Shown piece by piece: positions 12,918 through 25,938 of a stretch of 64,000 bases of DNA. The notes under the pieces were generated by a model, which worked only from the letters and a program-made list of their open reading frames with translations, had not been told where the DNA came from and made no database searches. Each line of letters starts with the position of its first letter. The stretch's first letter is position 1. The DNA lies in assembly GCA_963743915.1 (NCBI GenBank), contig CAVURN010000003.1, positions 320,001 through 384,000 of the forward strand, written 5' to 3'. A program made the position numbers and the translations under genes. The stretch comes from an uncultured Actinomycetota bacterium. GTDB lineage: Bacteria; Actinomycetota; Actinomycetes; JAHEKZ01.

Positions 12918-13128
12918 GGCGAGGCACCGTACGCACTCGGCGAGATGCGCGCGTCGCTCATCCACAACCCACGCGGAATAGCGACAGGGAGCCGGTGTGT
13001 TGAGCGGCGCATGACAGCGCGCCAGATCTTCACCCGCGGGGTGGGCGGGTCGCGACGCGTGTCGCTCCGATGTCGCTGCGGCTGAGGTTCCGCACTCCAC
13101 GACCACCACCATCACACCGGAGCACGTC

Positions 13129-14019
13129 ATGTCGACTCGTCTTGTCACGCCCATCACCACACCCGCCGTCACCACGCCCTCACGCGCGTCGTCGTGGGTG
13201 GCCGAACACCCCTTGCTCGCGTTCTTCGCGTGGTTCTTCACCGTCGGTCAGCTGATCGCCTTCCTCCCGGTCATCGTGGAGGCGCAGGGGTTCGAGCTGC
13301 CGCGCCAGCCGTTCATCGTCGCCAGCACCCTGGTGGGGCTGCTGCTGCCTGCGGTCGTCATCACCACGCTGACCGAGGGTCGCGCTGCCTCTCGCCGCCT
13401 GCTGCGCAGCGCGGTGGCCTGGCGGCTGCCCGTCCGTTGGTACCTGCTGGCCCTGGGCGTCGTGCCGGCCACGTCGCTGCTCATCACCTGGTCCCTCCTG
13501 GGTTCGCCCAGCGATCTGGGCTTCGGCAGCGTCGCCAGTGCCCTCGTCGCCGGCTTGATGGTGCAGCTGGTGCTGACCTCGGTGCCCAACAACATCGCCG
13601 AGGAGGTCGCGTGGAGCGGGTTCGTGCAGTCACGGCTGCAGCGCACGCACCGACCGGCGGTCGCCGCGCTGATCACTGCGCCGCTCTTCGCGCTGCAGCA
13701 CGTCTCTCTGGCCGTCGGCGCCTCGGTCGGCGAGGCGGTGGTGCTGCTGGTCCTGCTGGCGGTGCTCTCCGTGCCCTTCCGGTTCCTGACCGGCTGGACC
13801 TACAACCGAACCGCCAGCCTGCTGCTCGTGGGCCTGCTGCATGGCGCCGGGAATGCCGTCGCCGGAGGGAGCGGGTTCGGTGAGGGTGCGCTTGCCCGGC
13901 TCTACCCGGACAGCGCAGTAGCGCTCATGGCGCACCTGCTGGCGTTCTTCGTGCTCGGCCTGGTGGTGCTCATCGCCAGCCGCGGACACCTGGGTGTCAC
14001 GACCGACCCACGGTCTTAG
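13129..14019 (+). CDS. CPBP (CAAX/Abi) family intramembrane glutamic endopeptidase
   Basis: Polytopic membrane protein; AEEVAW, FALQH and HGAGN motifs; GGAG RBS. Confidence 0.85.
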   Translation: MSTRLVTPITTPAVTTPSRASSWVAEHPLLAFFAWFFTVGQLIAFLPVIVEAQGFELPRQPFIVASTLVGLLLPAVVITTLTEGRAASRRLLRSAVAWRLPVRWYLLALGVVPATSLLITWSLLGSPSDLGFGSVASALVAGLMVQLVLTSVPNNIAEEVAWSGFVQSRLQRTHRPAVAALITAPLFALQHVSLAVGASVGEAVVLLVLLAVLSVPFRFLTGWTYNRTASLLLVGLLHGAGNAVAGGSGFGEGALARLYPDSAVALMAHLLAFFVLGLVVLIASRGHLGVTTDPRS

Positions 14020-14044
14020 CCGCGCCGGATGAGGTTCGGTTGGG

Positions 14045-14117
14045 TGGAGACGAGGGGAATCGAACCCCTAACCCCCGCCTTGCAAAGGCGGTGCTCTGCC
14101 AATTGAGCTACGTCCCC
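14045..14117 (-). tRNA. tRNA-Ala (TGC)
   Basis: GGGGACG...CGTCTCCA acceptor stem with G3:U70; D-arm AGCTCAATTGGCAGAGC; anticodon loop TTTGCAA; T-loop TTCGATT; CCA not encoded. Confidence 0.97.
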
Positions 14118-14145
14118 GCGGGGTCTGGCGATCGGAGCGGGGTGG

Positions 14146-14289
14146 TCAGCGGAGGTCGACGACGGGGGCGTCGGCGTCGCTGACCGCCTCGTTCCAGAGG
14201 TCCTGCTCCGCCTTGTCGTTGGACACCTTGCGCCAGATGGCGAAGGCGCCAGCGGCGGCTGCGGCCAGGACGAGCAGCTTCTTCACCAT
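14146..14289 (-). CDS. DLW-39 family small protein
   Basis: MVKKLLVLAAAAAGAFAIWRKVSNDKAEQDLWNEA...; GGAGG RBS; typical position between tRNA-Ile and tRNA-Ala. Confidence 0.85.
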   Translation of the reverse strand: MVKKLLVLAAAAAGAFAIWRKVSNDKAEQDLWNEAVSDADAPVVDLR

Positions 14290-14318
14290 GACGCCTCCAG
14301 CTTCCGGGGATGGACCAG

Positions 14319-14393
14319 TGGGCCTAGATGGACTTGAACCATCGACCTCTTCCTTATCAGGGAAGCGCTCTAACCGAGCTGAGCTATAGGCCC
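14319..14393 (-). tRNA. tRNA-Ile (GAT)
   Basis: GGGCCTA/TAGGCCC acceptor stem; anticodon loop CTGATAA; T-loop TTCAAGT. Confidence 0.97.
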
Positions 14394-14531
14394 GTGCCGA
14401 ACGAGAAGGCTACCGGACGCCAGGGGGCCACCCAAACCGGCCCGAGCCCCGCCCCACGCGGCCGAAAGCAACGCCAGGGCGCCACGATGCCCCGTCCTGC
14501 GGCGTGACCGTGGCGGTCTGCCGTAGAAATC

Positions 14532-15148
14532 TCAGGCTTCCTCGGTCGCCGAGACCTCCAGGCCACCCACCATGCTCGCAGCGAGGTTGAACAGGAAGGC
14601 CCCGATGGTGGCCAGCGCGGTGATCAGCACCACGTCGATCGCCCCGATGAGCAACGCGACCGACAGCACCTTGCCGAAGCTGAAGTACTGCGTGAGAGTC
14701 AGCGCCCCGTCACCCAGGACCGACTCGAGGCTGTCGTCGACCGAGGTGAACACGCCACCGGCCGACAGCATGACCCACAGCAGCATCAGCGCGACCACGG
14801 TGATGATCGCCGACGCGACCGACAGCAGGAACGACAGGCGCAGCACCGTCCACGGATCGATGCGGGTCACCGTCAGGTGGACGCGGCGCTGCCGAGGCAG
14901 GGCGACGCCACCAGACGGTGCCGGAGTGATCACGGCACCGGGTGGACTGGCGGTCACCGGTCGAGGCGGCGCCGCGGCCCGCTGGAGGGGCGCCTCCGTG
15001 TCCTTGGACGCCTCCGTGCCCTTGGACGGAGCGGCTACCGGCTGCGTGGGCGCCGTCTCGGACTTGGTCGACGGGGTCTCGCCCTTGACCGGGGTCGACG
15101 CGCCCTTGGTGGACGCCTCGCCGCTGGGGCGGCCGCCGCTGGTCGTGG

Positions 15149-15152
<4 letters not shown>
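14532..15152 (-). CDS. DUF3566 domain membrane protein
   Basis: [12 protein letters not shown]...[16 protein letters not shown]; conserved position after gyrA. Confidence 0.9.
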
Positions 15153-17672
<2,520 letters not shown>

Positions 17673-17723
17673 CTGGTGTCCTTCGTCGGGGCGTGGTGGA
17701 GGAAGCGGGGGGCTGGGGGAGCA

Positions 17724-19697
17724 CTAGATGTCGAGGAAGCGGACGTCGCGCGCATTGCGCTGGATGAACCGTCGTCGCTCCTCGACGTCCTCACCCATGA
17801 GGGTCGAGAACGTCTCGTCGGCCTGGATGGCGTCGTCGAGGGTCACCTGGAGAAGAATCCGTCGCTCCGGGTCCATCGTGGTCTCCCACAGCTCGTCGGC
17901 GTTCATCTCGCCGAGACCCTTGTAGCGCTGGATCCCTTCGTCCTTGGGCAGCTTGCGTCCGGCCGCCACGCCGGCCTCGAGAAGCGCGTCGCGCTCGCGG
18001 TCGCTGTAGGCGTAGTCCGCGTCCTCACGCGACCACTTGACCTTGTACAGCGGCGGCTGCGCGAGGTAGACGTAGCCCTCTTCGATGAGCGGCCGCATGA
18101 AGCGGAAGAGCAGCGTCAGCAGCAGCGTGCGGATGTGCTGTCCGTCGACGTCGGCGTCTGCCATCAGCACGATCTTGTGGTAGCGCAGCTTGTCGAGGTC
18201 GAACTCTTCGTGCACGCCGGTGCCGAGCGCGGAGATGAGCGCCTGCACCTCGTTGTTCTGCAGGACCCGGTCGATGCGGGCCTTCTCGACGTTGAGGATC
18301 TTTCCGCGGATCGGCAGGATCGCCTGTGTCTGCGGGTTGCGTCCGTTGCGTGCGCTGCCACCGGCGGAGTCACCCTCGACGACGAAGACCTCGCACTCCT
18401 CGGGGTTGTTCGACGAGCAGTCGATCAGCTTGCCGGGCAGGCCGCCGCCGCCGAGCAGGCCCTTGCGGTTGCGCGCGAGGTCGCGAGCCTTGCGCGCGGC
18501 GATGCGGGCGGTGGCCGCGTTGATCGACTTGCGTGCGATCTCTTTGCCCTCGCCGGGGTTGGCGTCGAGCCACGCGGCCAGCTGCTCGTTGGTGACCTTC
18601 TGCACGAAGGTCTTGGCGTCGGTGTTGCCGAGCTTGGTCTTGGTCTGACCCTCGAACTGCGGTTCGCGGAGCTTGATGGAGACGATCGCCGTGAGCCCCT
18701 CGCGGATGTCCTCGCCGGAGAGGTTCGGGTCCTTGTCCTTCAGCAGGTTCCAGCGCTCCCGCGCGTAGCGGTTGACCAACGAGGTGAGCGCGGTGCGGAA
18801 GCCTTCTTCGTGCGCACCACCCTCGTGCGTGTTGATGGTGTTGGCGAAGGTGTGGACGCCTTCGGTGTAGTCACCGTTCCACTGCATCGCGATCTCGAGA
18901 CTCATGCCGAGGTCGGTGTCCTCGGCGCCGATCTCGATGACGTTGGGGTGCGCCGGGCCGGTCTTGCTGCGAGCGTTGATGTGCCGCACGAAGTCGGCGA
19001 TGCCGCCCTCGTAGTGGTAGACGACGCTGCGCGGCACCTCGGCGTCGAGGTCCTCGTCGTCGTCGGCCGAGACCGGACGCTCGTCGAGCAGCTCGAGGCG
19101 CAGACCACGGTTGAGGAAGGCCATCTCCTGGAACCGCTTGGAGAGCGTCTCGAACGAGTAGACGGTGGCTGTCGAACACCTCGTCGTCGGCCCAGAAGGT
19201 GATCCGTGGTGCCGGTGGTGTCGGTGGGCTCGCCCTTGGCCAGGTGGCGCGGTCGGGACGCCTCGGTCGTACGACTGACGCCACACGTGCCCGTCGCGGT
19301 GCACCTCGACGTCGAGCCTGGCAGGAGAGCGCGTTGACGACCGAGACACCGACGCCGTGGAGCCCACCGGAGACCGAGTAGCCGCCGCCGCCGAACTTGC
19401 CGCCGGCGTGCAGCACCGTGAGCACGACCTCGACGGCCGGCCGCTGCTCGACGGGGTGCAGGTCGACGGGGATGCCGCGGCCGTTGTCGATGACCGTGCA
19501 CCGATCCGTCGGCGTTGCAGGGTGACCGCGATGCTGTCGGCGTACCCGGCCATGGCCTCGTCGACCGAGTTGTCGACGACCTCGTAGACGAGGTGGTGCA
19601 GCCCTCGCTCGCCGGTGGAGCCGATGTACATGCCGGGGCGCTTGCGGACCGCGTCGAGGCCCTCGAGGACCTGGATGTCGGTGGCGTCGTAGGACAA
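17724..19697 (-). CDS. gyrB: DNA gyrase subunit B (about six apparent single-base insertions at 19170-19520)
   Basis: [26 protein letters not shown] and SGGLHGVG (in an alternate frame), [30 protein letters not shown]. Confidence 0.97.
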   Translation of the reverse strand: MSYDATDIQVLEGLDAVRKRPGMYIGSTGERGLHHLVYEVVDNSVDEAMAGYADSIAVTLQRRRIGARSSTTAAASPSTCTPSSSGRPSRSCSRCCTPAASSAAAATRSPVGSTASVSRSSTRSPARLDVEVHRDGHVWRQSYDRGVPTAPPGQGRAHRHHRHHGSPSGPTTRCSTATVYSFETLSKRFQEMAFLNRGLRLELLDERPVSADDDEDLDAEVPRSVVYHYEGGIADFVRHINARSKTGPAHPNVIEIGAEDTDLGMSLEIAMQWNGDYTEGVHTFANTINTHEGGAHEEGFRTALTSLVNRYARERWNLLKDKDPNLSGEDIREGLTAIVSIKLREPQFEGQTKTKLGNTDAKTFVQKVTNEQLAAWLDANPGEGKEIARKSINAATARIAARKARDLARNRKGLLGGGGLPGKLIDCSSNNPEECEVFVVEGDSAGGSARNGRNPQTQAILPIRGKILNVEKARIDRVLQNNEVQALISALGTGVHEEFDLDKLRYHKIVLMADADVDGQHIRTLLLTLLFRFMRPLIEEGYVYLAQPPLYKVKWSREDADYAYSDRERDALLEAGVAAGRKLPKDEGIQRYKGLGEMNADELWETTMDPERRILLQVTLDDAIQADETFSTLMGEDVEERRRFIQRNARDVRFLDI

Positions 19698-19769
19698 GAC
19701 TCGGGCTCCGTTCGGGGCCGCGCGAAGGCTGGGCGGGCGGCCCGGAGTAAGGGATGGGGTGTCGCGTCG

Positions 19770-19775
19770 ATTCTA
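19770..19775 (-). promoter_or_regulatory. Probable -10 element (TAGAAT) of the gyrB promoter
   Basis: TAGAAT about 75 bp upstream of the gyrB start. Confidence 0.45.
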
Positions 19776-19921
19776 GCCTGTGCGGGCCACAGAACTGCCC
19801 TCAGAGGGCCGGTGACGTCGGTCAGACGCGCCCAGCACGGCAGGGTCCGACCACTCCCACGCGCCAGAGGGGTTTCGGGCCTCTGAGCGGCGTCCTCGGA
19901 AATCCGCCCAGGGGTCGGCCG

Positions 19922-20485
19922 TCACCCGTAGGTGTCCCGCGGGCCACGCCCCTTGACCCGGAGCCGTCCCTTCTTCCACGAGGGCCCGGCCGGTCCCAGG
20001 ACCTGCAGGTGGGTGACCGTCCCCGCGCCGAGGTCGTCGTTGAGGCGGGCCAGCAGCGTGGGGGCCAGCAGCCGCACCTGCGTGGCCCAGGCCGTCGAGT
20101 CGGTCCGGACGGTCAGGCGTCCGCCTTCGAACTCCTCCGGGACGCAGTGGGCCGCCACCTCAGGACCGACCAGCTGCGACCACCGGCCCTCGACGCCGCC
20201 GACCGCGAGCGCCTCGGCCCACCCCCGTTCGTCCACGAAGCGTTCGACGGTCTCTCCGACCGGCTGCGGATCCCGCTCGTCCGGATGCGCCCCGGAGAAC
20301 GCGGATGGCGACGAGGTCCGACGGCGTCGTGACGGGGCCTTGGCCCCGGACCGCCGGGCGCCGCCGGTGCGCGCCGACGACCGCGCCTGCGCCAGCAGCG
20401 CTCGGGTCAGGTCGGGCGAGTCGGCCTCCGGACGTCGGTCGTCGTCCGCGGCGCCACTGCGCACCGCTGCTGCCCTCATCGTCAC
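19922..20485 (-). CDS. dciA: DciA (DUF721) helicase-loader-like protein
   Basis: RDPQPVG..W..VG..VAAH..L.V..DSTAWATQ..GRGPRDTYG; located between recF and gyrB. Confidence 0.9.
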   Translation of the reverse strand: MTMRAAAVRSGAADDDRRPEADSPDLTRALLAQARSSARTGGARRSGAKAPSRRRRTSSPSAFSGAHPDERDPQPVGETVERFVDERGWAEALAVGGVEGRWSQLVGPEVAAHCVPEEFEGGRLTVRTDSTAWATQVRLLAPTLLARLNDDLGAGTVTHLQVLGPAGPSWKKGRLRVKGRGPRDTYG

Positions 20486-21610
20486 TGCTCACGCCGCACC
20501 TGCCCCGCGTCCACGACGAACCGCGCTCCGGACAGCGTAGGCGGGATGTCCTCGGCGACGGCAGCCGTGACCAGCACCTGCTCGGCGTCCTGCACCATCG
20601 CGGCCAGCTGGGTGCGGCGGGTGGTGTCGAGCTCGGCGAACACGTCGTCGAGCACCAGGACGGGGTCGTCACCGTCCTGGCGGAGCAGCGCGAAGGAACC
20701 GAGCCGCAGGGCCAGCACCATCGACCAGCTCTCTCCGTGCGAGGCGTAGCCCTTGGCCGGGTGGTCCCCGAGGAGCAGCACGAGGTCGTCCCGCTGCGGC
20801 CCGACCAGGGTCATCCCGCGCTGCAGCTCGTCCCGCTCCACCCGCTGGAGGGCGGCCGTCAGCGCCAGGGCCAGCTGCTCCCGCCCGGACACCTCACCGA
20901 GCGGCGAGCGGTCGAGCCAGGACGCCCGGTAGTCGAGCCGCGCGTCGCCGCCGGTGGGAGCGAGGTGCGCATAGGCCGAGGCGACCGGCTCGCGGAGCTC
21001 GTCGACGAGCGCGAGGCGGGACTCGAGCAGCTCGGACCCGAGCTGGACGAGGTGCTCGTCCCACACGGCGAGGGTCGAGGTGTCGAACGCACCACGCGTG
21101 CCCGCCGCACTCTTGAGCAGCGCGTTCCGCTGCTTCAGCACCCGGTCGTAGTCGGCCCGGACCCCCGCCAGGCGTGGGGTGCGCAGCACCATGAGCTCGT
21201 CGAGGAACGCCGCGTCTCCCCTCGGGCTCACCGCGCACGAGCCCGAGGTCCTCGGGCGCGAACACCACGGCGCGGAGCACTCCCAGCAGCTCGCGGGCTC
21301 GTGGCAACGGCGACTTGTTGATGCGCGCCCGGTTGCTCTTGCCCGGCACGATCTCCACCTCGAGGAGCAGCCGTCGCCCGTCCCGCACGACAGCAGCGCG
21401 CACCACGGCGCGGTCTGCACCGTGCCGCACCAGGGGGGCGTCGCCGGACACGCGGTGGCTGCCCAGGGTGGCCAGGTAGCCGATCGACTCGACCACGTTG
21501 GTCTTGCCCTGGCCGTTGCGTCCGACGAGGACGGTCACCCCCGGCTCCAGATCCAGCTGGGCGTGCGCGTACGAGCGGAAGTCGACCAGCTCGAGGGCGG
21601 TGACGTGCAC
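20482..21610 (-). CDS. recF: DNA replication/repair protein RecF (apparent +1 frameshift near 21210)
   Basis: [39 protein letters not shown]. Confidence 0.95.
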
Positions 21611-21622
21611 CGAGCAGCCAGC

Positions 21623-22771
21623 TCAGCCCGAGAGGCGGACCGGCATGATCAGGTACCGGTAGCTGCCGTCGCTCGCCGCGTCGGCGTCGGTGCGTCCGGA
21701 GACCACTGCCGGCTTGGTCGGTGTGGTGAAGGAGATCTCGGTGTAGGCGGTGCCGAGTGCGGCGATGCCCTCCTGCAGGAACTGCGGGTTGAACGCGATG
21801 GTGATCGCCTCGCCGTCGTAGGCGCACGAGAGCGTCTCGACCGCCTGGGCCTCGTCTCCCGCTCCCGCCTCGACGGTGGCCTGACCGTCGTCGAACGTCA
21901 GGCGGACGGGGGTGTTGCGGTCCGCGACCAGCGCCACACGCTTGACGGTCTCGAGGAACGACGCCGACTCCAGGACGGCCACGGAGGTCGACTCCGACGG
22001 CAGCAGCGAGCGGTACTTGGGGAACTCCCCGTCGAGCAGGCGGTTGGTGGTGCGCCGGCTCTCACCGTGGGCGGACCCTTCGAACCCGATCAGCCCCTCA
22101 CCGCTGCCTCCGCCGGAGAGGGCGATCGTCACGGTGTCGGCGTCGGCGAGCGCGCGAGCGGTGTCGGCCAGTGACCGCCCTTGGACGAGCGCCACGGTGC
22201 TGAGGTCGGTGCGCCCCGGCTGCCACGCCAGCTCGCGGACCGCCAGGCGGTAGCGGTCGGTGGCCGCCAGGACGAGCCGGTCACCTTCGAACTCCACGCG
22301 GATGCCCGTCAGCACCGGCAGCGTGTCGTCCCGTCCGACGGCGACGGCCACCTGGGCGACGGCGGCCGCGAACGCGTCGCCGGCCAGGGTGCCCGCGGCG
22401 TCCGGCATGGCCGGCAGCGAGGGGTAGTCCTCGCGCGGCAGCGTCTGCAGGCTGAAGGTCGACGAGCCACAGGTCAGTCGGGCCTTGCGGTCGCCCTCGT
22501 CGGTGGCCACCTCGACGGGACGGTCCGGCAGGCTGCGGGTGATGTCGGCCAGCAGCCGCCCCGACACCAGGATCGCGCCGGCGTCGGCCACCTCGGCGGG
22601 GACGTCGACCCGCGCGGACACCTCGTAGTCGAACGAGCTCAGGGTCAGTCCACCCTCGTCCGCCTCGATCAGCAGCCCGGCGAGCACAGGTAGGGGTGGT
22701 CGGGCAGGCAGGCTGCGGGCCGCCCAGGCCACGGCCTCGGCGAACACGTCACGCTCGGCGCGGAACTTCAC
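21623..22771 (-). CDS. dnaN: DNA polymerase III beta clamp
   Basis: SFDYEVS, ATDRYRL, GEFPKY, YLIMPVR. Confidence 0.97.
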   Translation of the reverse strand: MKFRAERDVFAEAVAWAARSLPARPPLPVLAGLLIEADEGGLTLSSFDYEVSARVDVPAEVADAGAILVSGRLLADITRSLPDRPVEVATDEGDRKARLTCGSSTFSLQTLPREDYPSLPAMPDAAGTLAGDAFAAAVAQVAVAVGRDDTLPVLTGIRVEFEGDRLVLAATDRYRLAVRELAWQPGRTDLSTVALVQGRSLADTARALADADTVTIALSGGGSGEGLIGFEGSAHGESRRTTNRLLDGEFPKYRSLLPSESTSVAVLESASFLETVKRVALVADRNTPVRLTFDDGQATVEAGAGDEAQAVETLSCAYDGEAITIAFNPQFLQEGIAALGTAYTEISFTTPTKPAVVSGRTDADAASDGSYRYLIMPVRLSG

Positions 22772-23167
22772 GCGGATCCTCCGGATCGGGCAAGGACTTC
22801 GGGGTCAGGTCAGGCAGGACAGGGCTGGATCGAGGAGTTCGTCACTCTACGTGGTCGTGGGGCGAGAGGCTTCGGGACACCTACTGCGGTGCTTGGGGGA
22901 GAGGAGATGAATCTTCTCGTCGTCGTCGTCGGTGCCGTGGACAGTGGGGACAACCACGATCGTCGCAGGTGGACGCGGCGCGTCCGGTGCACAGGCAGGT
23001 GTGGCCGGCGGGCGGCGGGCTGGTGACGGCTCGTGGACGCGGCGGTGAACGGCCGGTGACATCCACCGTTCGTCCCCAGGGAAAAGGCGATGATGGGCAA
23101 GCCGTCCACAGACTTGTCCCCAATGTGTGTACCCAGCGTGATCGCAGGGTGTGAGCGAACTGTCACG
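22772..23167. other. Chromosomal replication origin oriC (dnaA-dnaN intergenic)
   Basis: DnaA-box variants TTGTCCCCA (22945-22953, -), CTGTCCACG (22936-22944, -), CCGTCCACA (23102-23110) and TTGTCCCCA (23114-23122); trinucleotide repeat at 22917-22931; canonical location. Confidence 0.85.
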
Positions 23168-24595
23168 TCAACCCTGCCGGGCCTGGGACTTGATCCGGTT
23201 CGTCAGCTCGGTGACCTGGTTGTAGACGCTCCGGCGTTCGGCCATGAGCTGGCGGATCTTCCGGTCGGCGTGCATGACGGTGGTGTGGTCGCGCCCCCCG
23301 AACTGCTGCCCGATCTTCGGCAGGGAGAGGTCGGTGAGCTCACGGCAGAGGTACATGGCGATCTGCCGCGCGTTCACCAGGACCCGGGAGCGGCTGGACC
23401 CGCACAGGTCGTCCAGGGTGAGGCCGAAGTAGGCGGCCGTCTGGGCCATGATCAGGGCGCTGGTGACCTCCGGTCCGGCACTCTCGGGGATGAGGTCCTT
23501 CAGGACGATCTCGGCGAGGGCGAGGTCGACCGGCTGGCGGTTGAGGCTCGCGAACGCCGTGACCCGGATCAGGGCACCTTCGAGCTCACGGATGTTCGTG
23601 GCGATCTTGCTCGCGATGAACTCCAGGACCTCCGGCGGCGCCTGGAGCTTCTCCTGGGCGGCCTTCTTGCGGAGGATCGCGATCCGGGTCTCGAGGTCGG
23701 GTGGCTGGACGTCGGTGGTCAGACCCCACGTGAAACGGGTCCGCATCCGGTCCTCGAAGCCGGACAGCTGCTGGGGTGAGACGTCGGACGTGATGACGAT
23801 CTGCTTGTTCGCCGTGTGCAGCGTGTTGAACGTGTGGAAGAACTCCTCCTGCGTCTGCACGCGTCCCTGCAGGAACTGGATGTCGTCGATCAGCAGGACG
23901 TCCACGTCGCGGTACCGGCGCTGGAAGGCCTGGGCCTTGTCGTCGCGGATGGAGTTGATGAAGTCGTTGGTGAACTCCTCCGAGCTCACGTAGAGCACCC
24001 GGGTGCCGGCGTACAGGCTGCGGGCATAGTGGCCGATCGCGTGCAGCAGGTGGGTCTTGCCCAGCCCGGAGCCGCCGTAGATGAACAGCGGGTTGTAGGC
24101 CTTGGCGGGCGCCTCGGCCACCGCGATCGCCGCCGCGTGCGCGAACCGGTTGCTGGCGCCGATCACGAAGGTGTCGAAGGTGTACTTGGGATTGAGCCGG
24201 GAGTCGCTGTCGAACCGGGGGACGGGGAGACCGCCCCCGGGCCTGGCGGCCGCCTCGTCGGGGATCCGGGCCGCGTCGGCCGCGATCGTCTCGGCGTCCA
24301 GCTCGTCGTCGTCGGAGGGGGCGATCTCATCGGCGAGCTCCGGTTCGACCGTCACCGCGATCCTGACCTCGCGGCCGAGCTCACGGGAGAGCACCTCGGT
24401 CACGTGGGGCCGGAGCCGGCTCTCGATGAGGTCCTTGGTGAAGTCGTTCGGTGCGGCGAGCAGCGCGGTGTCCTCGACGACCCCGACCGGGCGGGTCAGC
24501 CGGAGGAAGGCACCGGCCTGGGGGCCGGCTTCGTCGGCGAGGGTGTCGAGCACCCGGGTCCAGACCGTGGCGAAATCCTGGGTCTGCGTCGTCAC
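23168..24595 (-). CDS. dnaA: Chromosomal replication initiator DnaA
   Basis: [46 protein letters not shown]; probable start GTG 24595. Confidence 0.98.
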   Translation of the reverse strand: MTTQTQDFATVWTRVLDTLADEAGPQAGAFLRLTRPVGVVEDTALLAAPNDFTKDLIESRLRPHVTEVLSRELGREVRIAVTVEPELADEIAPSDDDELDAETIAADAARIPDEAAARPGGGLPVPRFDSDSRLNPKYTFDTFVIGASNRFAHAAAIAVAEAPAKAYNPLFIYGGSGLGKTHLLHAIGHYARSLYAGTRVLYVSSEEFTNDFINSIRDDKAQAFQRRYRDVDVLLIDDIQFLQGRVQTQEEFFHTFNTLHTANKQIVITSDVSPQQLSGFEDRMRTRFTWGLTTDVQPPDLETRIAILRKKAAQEKLQAPPEVLEFIASKIATNIRELEGALIRVTAFASLNRQPVDLALAEIVLKDLIPESAGPEVTSALIMAQTAAYFGLTLDDLCGSSRSRVLVNARQIAMYLCRELTDLSLPKIGQQFGGRDHTTVMHADRKIRQLMAERRSVYNQVTELTNRIKSQARQG

Positions 24596-24635
24596 CGGTG
24601 CCCTCCAGTCCGTCGGGTGCGTGCTGATCGACCTG

Positions 24636-24801
24636 CTGTCCACACCACGTCCTCGCAGGTCAGGGCCGTGATCCACACACTCATCCACAAGCTGTGGGTG
24701 GGGACGGGCCGACCCCCGGCGCGCACCGGTGGAGTCTCGTTCCCCGGGGCGCGGGCGGACGTTACCCGTCCTCCGCGTTCCGCGTCCAGTGGTTGTCCAC
24801 A
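24636..24801. promoter_or_regulatory. DnaA-box cluster in the dnaA promoter region
   Basis: CTGTCCACA 24636, TGATCCACA 24669, TCATCCACA 24681, and a perfect TTGTCCACA at 24793-24801. Confidence 0.8.
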
Positions 24802-25085
24802 CCCGAGGGTTCACCGTAGCGAGCGGCGAGCGGCGTGTCTCCCCCACCCCCGCGGGGAAGTCTGCGACGGTGAGAGGTTGCCCGTCCGGCGCGGACGTCG
24901 GGGTCGCCGTGCGGCGTCGCGACCGGTCGTCCCGGTTTGACCGTGCATGGCGGTCGCGTTGTACCGTAGGCGTTCGGGCACGGGGCCCAACGGCTCCCGC
25001 CCGATCGATGTGCGACCCTGATCCACCCAGAACCTGCCCGGTGGGGGCTGCCCCCGCCCTGCCGCTTCCCGTCTCGGAGTGCCTC

Positions 25086-25223
25086 GTGTCCAAGCGTACG
25101 TTCCAGCCCAACAATCGCCGACGGGCCAAGACCCACGGCTTCCGGCTGCGGATGCGCACCCGCGCGGGCCGCTCGATCCTGTCGGCGCGCCGCCGCAAGG
25201 GCCGCGCCCGCCTGTCTGCCTGA
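25086..25223 (+). CDS. rpmH: 50S ribosomal protein L34
   Basis: [29 protein letters not shown]. Confidence 0.98.
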   Translation: MSKRTFQPNNRRRAKTHGFRLRMRTRAGRSILSARRRKGRARLSA

Positions 25224-25234
25224 TCCGCCGTCGC

Positions 25235-25585
25235 GTGCTACCGCCGGCCCACCGCATGCGCCGGAGCGCCGACTTCGCGTCCGCCGTGCGCGGCGGCCGC
25301 CGCAGCGCCCGCCCGACGCTGGTGCTGCACGTGAGGTCGAGACCGTTGGACCCCGAACCGGTCCGGGTCGGACTCGTGGTCAGTCGGAAGGTGGGCAACG
25401 CTGTGGTCCGCAACCGGGTCTCGCGGCGGCTCCGGGCAGCCTGCTCCGCCCGCCTCACGCAGTGGGCGGACGGGGACCTGGTGGTCGTCCGCGCGTTGCC
25501 CGCCTCGGCCTCGGCCAGCTCCGCCGAGCTCGGTGAGGACCTCGACCTGGCCCTCGATCGGATGCGAGGGGTGACCTCGTCGTGA
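25235..25585 (+). CDS. rnpA: Ribonuclease P protein component
   Basis: [13 protein letters not shown]; RNR motif [15 protein letters not shown]. Confidence 0.95.
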   Translation: MLPPAHRMRRSADFASAVRGGRRSARPTLVLHVRSRPLDPEPVRVGLVVSRKVGNAVVRNRVSRRLRAACSARLTQWADGDLVVVRALPASASASSAELGEDLDLALDRMRGVTSS

Positions 25586-25935
25586 CCTCCCCCGATCTGC
25601 CCGAACAGCCTGCTGAGCAGCCCCTTGATCGCCCCGTCGAGCAGCGGCGGGGTCCGCTCGCCCGGGCCCTGCTCGCGTTGGTGCTGGCACCCCTCTGGGT
25701 CTACCGCAGGGTGATCTCGCCGATGACGCCCCAGACGTGTCGCTACTACCCGTCCTGCTCGGCCTACGCCGAGCAGGCCCTCAAGACCCACGGGGCACTG
25801 CGGGGCTCCTGGCTGGCGCTGCGCCGGCTGGGCCGCTGCCACCCCTGGACGCCGGGCGGCGTGGACCATGTGCCGCCGGCGCGCACGTCACGCGGGCAGA
25901 CCCCCGCGTCCTCCACCCCCGTGACGGGAGCGTGA
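25582..25935 (+). CDS. yidD: Membrane protein insertion efficiency factor
   Basis: ISP..CRYYPSCSAY..RCHPWTPGGVD. Confidence 0.95.
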   Translation: MTSPDLPEQPAEQPLDRPVEQRRGPLARALLALVLAPLWVYRRVISPMTPQTCRYYPSCSAYAEQALKTHGALRGSWLALRRLGRCHPWTPGGVDHVPPARTSRGQTPASSTPVTGA

Positions 25936-25938
25936 CCG

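Noticed and set aside
19150-19520. Programmed frameshifting or pseudogenisation of gyrB
   Set aside because: About six scattered +1 insertions without slippery sequences in an essential gene; assembly error is far more likely.
24937-24967. TTGACC-N19-TACCGT candidate rpmH promoter
   Set aside because: Plausible, but the spacer is long and it cannot be verified from sequence alone.
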